A stretch of DNA of 64,000 bases. It comes from Bythopirellula sp. Its GTDB lineage: Bacteria > Planctomycetota > Planctomycetia > Pirellulales > Lacipirellulaceae. Under the pieces are notes generated by a model. That model was not told where the DNA came from. It saw only the letters and a program-made list of their open reading frames with translations, and ran no database searches. A program made the translations under genes and the position numbers. Of this stretch, positions 40,402 to 49,717 are shown piece by piece. The DNA lies in assembly GCA_965216565.1 (NCBI GenBank), contig OZ244170.1, positions 4,704,001 through 4,768,000 on the forward strand, given 5' to 3'. The stretch's first letter is position 1. The number at the start of each line of letters is the position of its first letter.

Positions 40402-41226
40402 ATGCTTTTTCGCCTACTAATCCTGTTTGTGGTTGTTTCATTATGGTCTGGGCTAGCTGATGCCCAACCCCCAGAATTCGAGCCCGGAGACAGCTTCGAC
40501 ACAGAGAGCGATTTGGGGTTAGAACGCGGACCACGCGAGGGCGAAGAACGCGATAGAAATGGCCGACGGGGTCCGCCGCCCAATCCTATGTTCGAGGCAA
40601 TTGATGCCGATGGCGATGGTGTTTTAACAAAAAGAGAGCTGCGTAAAGCCGCGGCCGCACTCAAAACCCTTGATGCCGATGGTGATGGAAATGTCACCAT
40701 GCAAGAGGTGACTCCTCCGCGAGGTCCCAGGCGTGGCGGACCGGGTGGACCGGGTGAAGATCCAGCCGAGGCAATTGAGAGAATTATGCAACACGATGCC
40801 GACGGAGACGGCCTGCTGACCGTTAAGGAAGTACCAGAGCATGTGGCGAGAATGCTCTCTGGTGCCGACACCAATGGCGATGGCGCGATTAATCGGCAAG
40901 AACTTACTCAAGCCTTGGAGAACAACCGTGAGCAGTTTCGTGGTCGAGGACGGCAAGGTGGCAATGGTGGAGCTGGTGGTCCGTTGGGTCGGGGTGGCTT
41001 TGGAAATGACGATCAGGACACCTTGCTCAAGCAATTGATGGCGGGCGATCAAGACAATGATGGCCGTCTCTCTCCCCAAGAAGTTCCAGAGCGAATGATG
41101 GGTATGTTGCGCGGAGCAGACAAAAACGGAGACGGCAAGCTCGACGCTGGAGAAGTCCGCAAGGCGATGATCAAAGCCCGAGAACGGCGTCTGAAATTGC
41201 GAGATCGTTTCGGCGGTCAGGAGTAG
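40402..41226 (+). CDS. Secreted EF-hand Ca-binding protein
   Basis: Signal peptide; six DxDxDG/DxNxDG loops (e.g. DADGDGVLTKRE, DTNGDGAINRQE, DKNGDGKLDAGE). Confidence 0.88.
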   Translation: MLFRLLILFVVVSLWSGLADAQPPEFEPGDSFDTESDLGLERGPREGEERDRNGRRGPPPNPMFEAIDADGDGVLTKRELRKAAAALKTLDADGDGNVTMQEVTPPRGPRRGGPGGPGEDPAEAIERIMQHDADGDGLLTVKEVPEHVARMLSGADTNGDGAINRQELTQALENNREQFRGRGRQGGNGGAGGPLGRGGFGNDDQDTLLKQLMAGDQDNDGRLSPQEVPERMMGMLRGADKNGDGKLDAGEVRKAMIKARERRLKLRDRFGGQE

Positions 41227-41320
41227 AGAGAGTTGAGCAGTAGGTGACCCAAGTCTCTCACTCTGGATTCTTAACTTTCAGCTCACGCCAATGATTGCGG
41301 TGTTGGATTTTCGTCTGGCA

Positions 41321-43099
41321 TTATGTCCGATCTTGGGTTTGATCATTGCCGGTACGAGAAATCGCATCTTCGAGGAAATAGTTGATGTCCGCTGCTTCGT
41401 CGGCATGAAGCACGTCGTATGCATGAGCCGCGCTGCGAGCGTGGTATAGCTGCTCCCGCAGGTTCACGTCGCGCGTGATCGCCGTGGCAAATGCGGCCAA
41501 GACTTCAAGGTGGCGCTGATGGTCCGACTTGGGCGTGGCCAGCAGCAACACGGCATGAATGGGGCGGCCGTCTGGCGCGCCCAGGTCTAATCCTTTGGAG
41601 CTAATGCCCAAGATCCCTGTTACTGCTTCGCCACTTTCCAAAACAGCGTGAGGTACCATTAACCCTTCAGATAAGCAGGTCGTAGCCTCTTTTTCACGTT
41701 CCAGTACCTTCAGCACAAACTCTTCCTGCTCGACCGAGGGCGTTACTTTCGTTTTGTATAACTGGGCGGCCAGTGAGCGAACCACCTCTTCTTTGGTCGT
41801 CCCAGCGACATTGACAGAAATGTGGTGTTCATCCAGGAAGTCGAGGAGGCGTGGATGAGCTTTGCCAGCTTCGCCGGCTTGAGACAGCGCAAATCGTGCT
41901 CCACTTGGCCCCACAAGCTGATTGATCGCTAAGGCAGCCAAGGCAACTGTAGTAATCGTGGGCGAGATATCGCTTAGCCGCGGATTGTTTTGCACTAAGA
42001 GAATCAAACCAACGGCAACCCCGCCATGGGGAATTAATGCAAGGCCAAGATAGTTTCTTACGCGGTTGGGCACTCCGGCGATCGCCATCGCTGTGTAGGC
42101 GCCTGTGTACTTGCCTACGAACCGAGCAACGAAGTAGAGGAGAACAAGCCCCGTCGCCTGCAGCACTAAAGAGAAGTCTAAGTTCATCCCAGCAAACGTA
42201 TAGAAGGCCGCGAACAATACGCCCCCAATCGAATGCAAGTACGCCTCGGTAGATCGTACTGTGTCGTGGCGAACATTGGACACGGTGATCCCGGCGATGG
42301 TACAAGCCAGAATGCCTGAAGCTTCAAATCCTACGGCTCCGCCCCACGCACCGAGAATAACCGCGACCATCGTAGGTCCCAAGAATGCGGGACTCACCAG
42401 CGTGCGTGTTAATCCCAGGGCAATCAATGCACTCACGGTACCCACGGCCAGGGCGACCCCAAATTCGCGGCCGACGGATATAAGGGCCAAAGGCCAAGTT
42501 TCCTGCCAAGACAGATCTCCACTGCCTCCCTCCACTACAAATGACGCAGCAAAAACGAATGCTCCGACGGCTATCATGTCGATCAACGCTACGGCGGCTA
42601 CTAAAGTGCGGGTGAGGATACCCCGAGCTCGCGCTTCCTGAACCACCAAGATGGTTGTTCCCGGCGCACCCGCAATCGCGATGGCGGCCAGCAGCATGCT
42701 GGTCCGCAGGGTCATTTGCTCTGGGGCCATCCAGCCGCCGATCACGTACATGGCGGCAATAACAATCGAAGGAGTAATTAATGCTTCGCCTAACAGCAGC
42801 AGGCTCAACCTTCCGGTGGAGTTTCGTAAACTGGCAAAGTGCAAAGCAGCCCCGACCGTAAAGGCGATATAGCCCAGCACGAAGCTCATGTACGGGCTGA
42901 ACATGGAAACTGTTTCCGGCGTGAAACCGGTTGTGGAGTTATGGTACGGCGCAAATGCCCGCAGTAAGATTCCAGTGGAAATCCAGCCCGTGACTTTCGG
43001 TAAACGAATCAGTCCAAACAATTCGCCGCCAATGATTCCAGCAACTAGCACAATTGCGAGCTGAAATAGTGGGTCGTGTGGTGAGAATTGGAAATTCAT
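41321..43099 (-). CDS. Cation:proton antiporter (CPA2-like) fused to a PTS EIIA domain
   Basis: Multi-TM N-domain (LPKVTG, RFVGKYTG, LIPHGGVAVG); C-domain VLEREKEATTCLSEGLMVPHA, APDGRPIH, HLEVLA. Confidence 0.85.
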   Translation of the reverse strand: MNFQFSPHDPLFQLAIVLVAGIIGGELFGLIRLPKVTGWISTGILLRAFAPYHNSTTGFTPETVSMFSPYMSFVLGYIAFTVGAALHFASLRNSTGRLSLLLLGEALITPSIVIAAMYVIGGWMAPEQMTLRTSMLLAAIAIAGAPGTTILVVQEARARGILTRTLVAAVALIDMIAVGAFVFAASFVVEGGSGDLSWQETWPLALISVGREFGVALAVGTVSALIALGLTRTLVSPAFLGPTMVAVILGAWGGAVGFEASGILACTIAGITVSNVRHDTVRSTEAYLHSIGGVLFAAFYTFAGMNLDFSLVLQATGLVLLYFVARFVGKYTGAYTAMAIAGVPNRVRNYLGLALIPHGGVAVGLILLVQNNPRLSDISPTITTVALAALAINQLVGPSGARFALSQAGEAGKAHPRLLDFLDEHHISVNVAGTTKEEVVRSLAAQLYKTKVTPSVEQEEFVLKVLEREKEATTCLSEGLMVPHAVLESGEAVTGILGISSKGLDLGAPDGRPIHAVLLLATPKSDHQRHLEVLAAFATAITRDVNLREQLYHARSAAHAYDVLHADEAADINYFLEDAISRTGNDQTQDRT

Positions 43100-43892
43100 A
43101 TCGGAGTATCATCAATCCTAATTGCGTTCTGTAACTCTAGCTAACGCCCTACATCTTTAGACTAAAACATAGTGGGCGTTCGCCATGCGAAGTCATTGGT
43201 CCGCGAATACCCTCTGACTGGGCACTTCGAACGGAGATGACGAATTTTATCGCCCAATACGGTCAAGCCAATCTCCCCAAGCGTCTCGGCCCTGAGCCGG
43301 GAATTCCCTCTCGGATCGGCCGAAAACGCTCCGGTTCAGTTGGGTTCCCATTGTAGTCACTGCGTCTCGTCATGTCTGTTGTGTGGAGATTGTTGGACAT
43401 ATTTCTTGTGTCTGGATGGGCTAACGGGTGAAGTGGTCTCTTGCCGGAATCAAGTTCGAACGCGGCGCAGCCTAGCAAGTTGGAGGAATCGTCCAGGCAG
43501 GCCGATCGCAGTTGTTGCTTCGTGTTCTCTTTCGTTCAATCCTTTATTACGTCTGCGGTCTAGTCCTTTATTAGCTTGCCCGGTTGTAGAGGAATGTCTG
43601 CTACTGAGCGGACGATACCTTCCGTATTGCGTTCAGCCATGTTGAGCAGGCAGATTCCTTTTGCGATCGCATTTCGGAGAAATCCTAGGAATCGTCTCCC
43701 CTTTTCGTTCCCAGTATCAAACATTTTCAATTTTGGTAGCCAACGGCCCGGGAGTCCCTCGGCAGGCAGATATCTTCGACAATTGCATTGGTCAAGGCAA
43801 TTGCAGTTACCATCTTAGCGAGACAGTCGAATTCTGCTGCTTTCCCTGGCGGGAATTGCCGAATAGAATAGCATATCTGCAAACGCATCTCA

Positions 43893-44250
43893 GGGGGCGA
43901 ACAGGGTTCGACCGGATACTTGAAGCGTAGGTGGCGTGTCGTGGTTGATCAGTGGGCCACGTAAAAAGCTGATCACATTTTTAGTTGCCAATGGCAATTA
44001 TGCTTTGGCTGCCTAAATAAAGGCTGCCCGGACTAGAGGCTGCTGTCGCGGTGGCCTGGACGTCCGTCACCAATCGCGACTCGCTGTCTGTCATTGCTGA
44101 GCACGCAGGCAGCTAAATTAGTTCTTGGCTAGCCATCCTCTAACCTGGTCGACTGGGTGATTGGATGTGCGAAATTAAACCAGACGACTACACACGTAGA
44201 GGCTTGCGTGGAGATGTCACGGGACGCGGGTTCGATTCCCGCCGCCTCCA
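43893..44250 (+). ncRNA. ssrA: tmRNA; tag peptide ANGNYALAA* at 43987-44016
   Basis: 5' GGGGGCG pairs with 3' CGCCTCC-A including the G3.U wobble; T-arm GCGGGTTCGATTCCCGC; in-frame tag ending YALAA-stop; 3' CCA not fully encoded. Confidence 0.95.
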
Positions 44251-44388
44251 CTTTTAGTTTATTACAGAATGAGCTGTCTATTCAATTGCTTAAGTAGCTT
44301 CTCAAGAGTCTATCTATTAATGTATCTGTAGGCAGAGTATTCACTGGTAATTCCATAAATCTGATATGGTTTGTAGAAAAGGTAGTTC

Positions 44389-44892
44389 ATGACGATTATT
44401 AAGCATTGGAGGCGATTGTTTTTTGTCTCTCCGGCACTTCTATTGATTAGCCTTTGCGCAGGCCTGTGGGCAATTTCAAACCTCACTGCGGCCCCCATTA
44501 GCGCTTTTAAGAAAAACTTGAGTTCTAAGCCTATTGTTCGATCGGCTGCCTATGTGCCCCAAACAGTGGCGGCTTACGTTGTGCGTCTTGATCCGGATAA
44601 CAAAGAAAGCACACCGACTGTAATCTTAGTTGGCCAACTTGTAGCAGACGTAGTAATGCCCGGGGAGTCAGAGGCTGCTAAGGTGAAAGCTCTCGGATAC
44701 ATGTACGTTACAGAGAATAATCTCCATGAGTTTCCAACGGCCGAGGAAATTGCAAAAAAGGATCGCATGGAATGCCACGCAATTGACACTCTCGATATGC
44801 CAAAGGCTCTTAGGCAACTTAGGAAGGTTTATGCAGATGCACATGGTGTTCCTGTCGCGGAACTAAATCTTGTAAATCGATCAGAGCCTTAG
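44389..44892 (+). CDS. Hypothetical protein with N-terminal TM/signal, AT-rich
   Basis: 167-aa ORF with AAGG upstream, in a visibly AT-richer segment right after ssrA. Confidence 0.6.
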   Translation: MTIIKHWRRLFFVSPALLLISLCAGLWAISNLTAAPISAFKKNLSSKPIVRSAAYVPQTVAAYVVRLDPDNKESTPTVILVGQLVADVVMPGESEAAKVKALGYMYVTENNLHEFPTAEEIAKKDRMECHAIDTLDMPKALRQLRKVYADAHGVPVAELNLVNRSEP

Positions 44893-45013
44893 GTAATCCT
44901 ATAAAATGCAGAGCTCCGTGCGATATCTTGAGAGGTGGGAAAAATTTTAGCCGCACCGCTCTCAACCAATCTCTAACGTGTCTTTTCAAAGTTGAATTGC
45001 GGTTATTGCGTTT

Positions 45014-45439
45014 TCAAAGGCACATCCAGCACACCAACACGCCTCGAAGGCTCCAGGCGAATGTTCGTACCCAGTTGGTCGTGACTAGTTTGCGATGTAC
45101 TCCGGAGTCGAAGCCGGTGTCCAATGCCCGGTGGGCTGGCATTTGCCAGAAGATTGTTGAGAGCCAGATTGCGAATACTAGCGCGAGTCCTCCGGCATTC
45201 AAAGCCCAAGGAATCTCCTTAGGCTGTAGCCAGAACAGCCAACCCGCGACTGCGGCCTCTGTGAGCATCGGCACTGCCACTACGATCGAAGTCAGCGATT
45301 GATGGCGTCGCTCGTACTCTGCAAATCTGTCTTCACCCACGTTGGCCATCAAGGGGTAGTGCACCACCTGGACAAACCAGATTAACCCACACATAAATAG
45401 AGTTGAGACAAGCTGCAGTAGCAGAAGCGTATCAATCAT
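45014..45439 (-). CDS. Four-TM membrane protein
   Basis: GLIWFVQVVHYPL...NWVRT motifs; start at MIDTL (45439), 7 nt after the upstream gene's stop. Confidence 0.75.
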   Translation of the reverse strand: MIDTLLLLQLVSTLFMCGLIWFVQVVHYPLMANVGEDRFAEYERRHQSLTSIVVAVPMLTEAAVAGWLFWLQPKEIPWALNAGGLALVFAIWLSTIFWQMPAHRALDTGFDSGVHRKLVTTNWVRTFAWSLRGVLVCWMCL

Positions 45440-45446
45440 CGCAGGC

Positions 45447-45860
45447 TCAACGATCGGTCTTGCGGGCACGAAATGCGGCATACAAGATAGCCGTGAATGG
45501 AATCCACCAAATGAGATCATTGGTGAGCAAAGTAACGCCAAACCGCAATGGCAACTCGCCATGGTACAGGGCCGAGGCAAATCCGATGGGGCCGAATATT
45601 TTGCCCAGTAACCCAACCAGTGTGATGGGCCAGTGCGTCAGAGGAGCGTTAGCTGCGATGAGGTAGCCTATCCCATAGACTCCCACAATCATCCCCACGC
45701 ACTGCCAGATTTGAGGATAACGGGGCGGCTCAATTTGAGAAAACTCAAATAGAGCGTTCGGAAACGCAATCACCGCAAGGCCCCAGACCAAGTTGTAGAT
45801 GCCTGCCCCAATCAGCACATAGCGCATCCATGGGCGTGCAGGTTCTTGGAGGGTATTCAT
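45447..45860 (-). CDS. Four-TM conserved membrane protein
   Basis: AGIYNLVWG, PRYPQIWQCVGMIVGVYG, GLLGKIFGPIGF, NDLIWW. Confidence 0.75.
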   Translation of the reverse strand: MNTLQEPARPWMRYVLIGAGIYNLVWGLAVIAFPNALFEFSQIEPPRYPQIWQCVGMIVGVYGIGYLIAANAPLTHWPITLVGLLGKIFGPIGFASALYHGELPLRFGVTLLTNDLIWWIPFTAILYAAFRARKTDR

Positions 45861-45872
45861 AGCAGAAGCGGC

Positions 45873-46946
45873 TTACTTTGATCCGTGCGCCGGGTGTTCA
45901 AATCGTCCAAAGACCATGCGTCCCGCACTCGTTTGCAGCACGCTAGTAACATTGGCGACGACGAGCTGGTTCACATATTCGCTCCCATCTTCGATCACGA
46001 CCATCGTTCCATCTTCTAGATAGCCAACGCCTTGGCCTGGCTCTTCGCCGACTTTGATTACTCGTACCTCCAGCATTTCACCTGGCAGGAAGACAGGTTT
46101 CAAGGCATTCGAGAGGTCGTTGAGATTGATCACCCCCACCTCGTGCAGCTTGGCAACTTTGTTGAGGTTGTAATCATTGGTGACGACTTTGCCATCGAGG
46201 TGCTTGGCCAGCAGGACCAGCTTTTGATCGACGCTCTGGCCACTAAACTGGGGCAATTCGCGATCGTAGACTACCAAATCGGTCTTGGGATCGCTGCGGA
46301 GGCGATTCAATATGTCGAGGCCCCGTCGTCCGCGGCCGCGCTTCAGTCGATCGCTCGAATCGGCAATCGCCTGCAGTTCTGCAATGGCAAACTGAGGCAT
46401 AATCAGCTGATTGTCGATTACGCGTGTCTCAACCACATCGGCAATGCGGCCATCGATGACGACACTCGTATCAAGGACGTATGGCTTGAGTCCTTTGATT
46501 TCCTTGGCGAATTCTACGTAGGGAATGATAAACCGAAAATCGTCTTTTGTTTGCAGGAGGACGCTGATGCAGGTGTAGCACACCACTGTGGCTAACGCCA
46601 GATTGATCCACTCGACGAGCCAAGCCGGCTCAGTTGGCAATAGTGGGGACAGCGCAATTTGCAACACGTAGGTCAAGAACAGACCGATCACGATACCAAA
46701 ATAGAATGCAGTGATGGTATCGAGCCGCTTGCGTTTAATTAACCAATCGCCGAGCAGTACGGCAAAGGCAAGTACCAAGACACCAATAAACGCCAGCCAA
46801 GGAAGTAGGGCGTTCTCACTGCGCAACGCGTCGGTTTGTAGTAGTTGAAAACCAAGCGTAATTGCGAGCATCAAGAAGACACAACGCAGAATAACTAAGG
46901 CCATGATAGGATGTATGGTGAGGGTAGGTAGGGGAAGGGAACTCAT
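45873..46946 (-). CDS. Membrane PIN/TRAM domain protein (YacL-like)
   Basis: N-terminal TMs; VLDTSVVIDGRI, RGRRGLDIL, TNDYNLNKVA, GQGVGYLEDGTMVVIE; start may be slightly downstream. Confidence 0.9.
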   Translation of the reverse strand: MSSLPLPTLTIHPIMALVILRCVFLMLAITLGFQLLQTDALRSENALLPWLAFIGVLVLAFAVLLGDWLIKRKRLDTITAFYFGIVIGLFLTYVLQIALSPLLPTEPAWLVEWINLALATVVCYTCISVLLQTKDDFRFIIPYVEFAKEIKGLKPYVLDTSVVIDGRIADVVETRVIDNQLIMPQFAIAELQAIADSSDRLKRGRGRRGLDILNRLRSDPKTDLVVYDRELPQFSGQSVDQKLVLLAKHLDGKVVTNDYNLNKVAKLHEVGVINLNDLSNALKPVFLPGEMLEVRVIKVGEEPGQGVGYLEDGTMVVIEDGSEYVNQLVVANVTSVLQTSAGRMVFGRFEHPAHGSK

Positions 46947-47151
46947 CCTCGATAATGATGAATTCCCCGGATGGATTCAGGGATGGATGATGGATAGGGA
47001 AAGATAATCGTTGGTGCCCCTCAACAACTCCATCTTATCAAGCGGACTTGGTAAAGTCAGCCCTGGCAACTGCCAGATTTCGGATGATGTGCCTCTCCTG
47101 AGATGGGAGAAAGGGCTTATCTGGCTTGAAACACGGCGGGTCCAATCTATC

Positions 47152-48243
47152 TCACATATTGCGGTGAGTTTCCCAGGCGAAGCGGTCTGTCATGTTGGCC
47201 AGATAGTCGCAGGTGCTCCGCACGGCTCCTTCCGCAGTGATCTGCTGAGCGTATTTTTCAGGTAAGCTCTCAGGCTCTTTGATGTGACGATCAAATAGCT
47301 CCTGAAGTACAGCGCAGGCTGTGTCTCTCTCTTCTAAGACCGTCTTGTGCCGATAGACATGTCGAAATAGAAACCTCTCCAATTCCGTCTTCTGCTCTGT
47401 GTACTCATCAGACGGAGTTGCTAATTTTGCGTCGTGTTCGACGACCTGGGCTGTACTTTTGATCGCCGACTCTTGGAGTCGCATCTGAGTGGCACGAATG
47501 ATATCGCTGACTAGCGTCTCGATTAACTGGTGGATAACGGCGCGACGAAAATCCTCGGCACCGAGGTTCGTGTATCGCGATTCGACCTGCTGTGCTGCTT
47601 CTTTCCAAAGGGGGACGGCCAATAGCTCGTCGAATTCCAGCAGGCCCAACTCCAGTGCGTCATCCGCATCGTGTGTGTCGTAAGCAATGCTGTCAGCCGC
47701 ATCGACCACTTGTGCTTCAAGCAGCGGTTGATTGTCGGGGTGTGTCTGCCCTTTGACTCGTCGTCGTTGACTGGCGAGCACCTCGGCCGAAAGATTTAGC
47801 CCAGGGAATTCCGGATAGCGATTTTCCAGCAAAGTAACAATCCGCAGTGCTTGACCATTGTGATTGAATCCGCCGCAGCCCTGGCAGCACAGATCGAGAA
47901 CTTCTTCGCCAGCGTGGCCAAAGGGGGGGTGGCCGATATCGTGCATCAGAGCGAGAGCTTCGATCAAATCTTCATTGAGGTTCAAAGCACGTCCGATCGT
48001 CCGCGCAATGGATGCAACCTCTAGGGTGTGTGTGAGGCGCGAACGATGGTAATCGCCCATGTGGCCGGTGAATACTTGTGTCTTGTGAGCCAGTCTTCGG
48101 AATGCGCTGCTGTGGACAATGCGATCTCTATCGCGACCAAAGGGGCCCCGGTAGGGATGATCGGTCTCTGGGAATTGGCGACCTGCCGTTTCCCGAGGGT
48201 CCATAGCATAGGGGGCGAGATTCAATAGTTGTGTTTGGTCCAT
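47152..48243 (-). CDS. dgt: dNTP triphosphohydrolase (dGTPase)
   Basis: RDRDRIVHSSAFRRLAHKTQVF, RLTHTLEV, HDIGHPPFGHAGE, ADSIAYDTHDADD; ATG overlaps the upstream TGA. Confidence 0.92.
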   Translation of the reverse strand: MDQTQLLNLAPYAMDPRETAGRQFPETDHPYRGPFGRDRDRIVHSSAFRRLAHKTQVFTGHMGDYHRSRLTHTLEVASIARTIGRALNLNEDLIEALALMHDIGHPPFGHAGEEVLDLCCQGCGGFNHNGQALRIVTLLENRYPEFPGLNLSAEVLASQRRRVKGQTHPDNQPLLEAQVVDAADSIAYDTHDADDALELGLLEFDELLAVPLWKEAAQQVESRYTNLGAEDFRRAVIHQLIETLVSDIIRATQMRLQESAIKSTAQVVEHDAKLATPSDEYTEQKTELERFLFRHVYRHKTVLEERDTACAVLQELFDRHIKEPESLPEKYAQQITAEGAVRSTCDYLANMTDRFAWETHRNM

Positions 48244-48797
48244 CAGTTGTCTTCGAAAGGGGCGTCTTCCGCCAATGATTGCCAAATCGCGTCGAGGGAT
48301 TGAGAGATCATCCGCGTCCCAGCCAGCGTCGGCATGAAATTGTTGTCGCCGTGCCAGCGTGGTACGAGGTGCCAATGCAGGTGACCCGGCACACCGGCGC
48401 CCGCTACACGACCCAGGTTCAATCCGATGTTGAAGCCCTGAGCATTGATTTTCTTCGCAAGCACTTGGCTAAAATGCCCCAGCATTTCCATCCCCTCAAG
48501 GTGCTCTGCGGAGGAAAGATTGTGCAGCTCTCCCGAATGACGCAGCGGCGATACCAGCAGATGTCCGTTCGTGTAGGGATACTTGTTGAGCACCACCATC
48601 ATCTGGCTGCCAATAGAGACGACTAGGTTTTGCCGACGTGCTGCGGCATCGTCTTCAAATTCGGCCGCGGCCTGGCACAGAAAGCAGGAAGGCTCTGCGC
48701 CCTCTCGCAGGGACGTCGGCTGCTGGTTGGGTTCGGACGCATTATCACCCTTGATATATCCGATGCGCCATGGTGCCCAAAGTCGCTGTTGATCCAC
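48243..48797 (-). CDS. HIT family hydrolase
   Basis: LWAPWR, CFLC, LNKYPYTNGHLL, GFNIGLNLGRVAGAG, HLHWHLVPRW. Confidence 0.92.
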   Translation of the reverse strand: MDQQRLWAPWRIGYIKGDNASEPNQQPTSLREGAEPSCFLCQAAAEFEDDAAARRQNLVVSIGSQMMVVLNKYPYTNGHLLVSPLRHSGELHNLSSAEHLEGMEMLGHFSQVLAKKINAQGFNIGLNLGRVAGAGVPGHLHWHLVPRWHGDNNFMPTLAGTRMISQSLDAIWQSLAEDAPFEDN

Positions 48798-48974
48798 TTC
48801 GCAATTCCTAGGAAATAAGCACTGAGGTTGTCAAAGGATAGTGAACTGGCCCGCCATAATATTCGGTGGCCAATTATTCTGCTATGCTGGTTTCTGACTG
48901 GAATTATAGGAAGCCCCTTCCATCAGGGGCCCCATTCCTACAGAGGCTAAGTTCCGATTAGTGAGCAAGAGACT

Positions 48975-49643
48975 ATGGCTGCCAATAAACCTGTTGAGAC
49001 GCTGATTCCGCCGCGATATATGTTCCGATTTGCGGTGGACATACACCACTGCAAACCGATTTGGTCCCCGAAAGGTGTGTCGCTCGGTGAACAATATCAA
49101 TTGCCAAATCTAGGGCAGTTGGATCAAGATCGGGCGTTTGCTGAGGTCCGGATGGCTTGGTCGCCGGAAGGGGTGGCGTGGTGGGTGCGAGTCGAAGACA
49201 AACTACAGGTGCCCTGGTGCCGCGAATCGAGACTCGAAGAGAGCGACGGCTTGCACGTTTGGATCGATACTCGCGCCACAACGAATGTCCACCGTGCGAC
49301 GCGCTTTTGTCACCGGTTTGTGTTCTTGCCCGCCGGCGGAGGGCGCGATGCGCAGCAACCGGTCGCTGATCAGTTGTTGATCAATCGGGCACGAGAGAAT
49401 GCCAGGCCCGTCCGTGCCAGAGAATTACAAGTTGCAAGTCGCGTGACGAAGTCGAATTACGAACTGTCCGCGTTTGCTCCGGCCGAGGCGCTGGGTGGCT
49501 TCGATCCAAGTAGTCAGCCGCGGTTAAGCTTTACTTATGCCATTGTCGACCGCGAGCGGGGACTGCAAACATTTTCTGCTGGACCAGGAATTCCGTACGA
49601 AGAAGATCCAAGCTGCTGGGCCGAGGCCCATTTAGTGGAGTGA
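48975..49643 (+). CDS. Conserved hypothetical protein (DOMON/CBM9-like fold, tentative)
   Basis: 222-aa ORF; FAEVRMAWSPEG, DGLHVWIDTR, HRATRFCHRF; followed by a terminator. Confidence 0.65.
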   Translation: MAANKPVETLIPPRYMFRFAVDIHHCKPIWSPKGVSLGEQYQLPNLGQLDQDRAFAEVRMAWSPEGVAWWVRVEDKLQVPWCRESRLEESDGLHVWIDTRATTNVHRATRFCHRFVFLPAGGGRDAQQPVADQLLINRARENARPVRARELQVASRVTKSNYELSAFAPAEALGGFDPSSQPRLSFTYAIVDRERGLQTFSAGPGIPYEEDPSCWAEAHLVE

Positions 49644-49655
49644 AAATTCTAGAAT

Positions 49656-49688
49656 AAAAAAACCCGCCAACCGAAGTCAGCGGGTTTT
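49656..49688. terminator. Bidirectional rho-independent terminator
   Basis: AAAAAAACCCGC...GCGGGTTTT hairpin between convergent genes. Confidence 0.75.
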
Positions 49689-49717
49689 GAATGATCTTAC
49701 TCGGACTGACGCACTGT

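Noticed and set aside
43263..43400. c-di-AMP (ydaO) or glycine riboswitch upstream of the antiporter
   Set aside because: Hairpins are present but I could not match the conserved core motifs; kept only as an unassigned structured region
45873..48797. HIT-dGTPase-PIN/TRAM as an anti-phage island
   Set aside because: Composition and context look like core genome, with no mobile or defence hallmarks nearby
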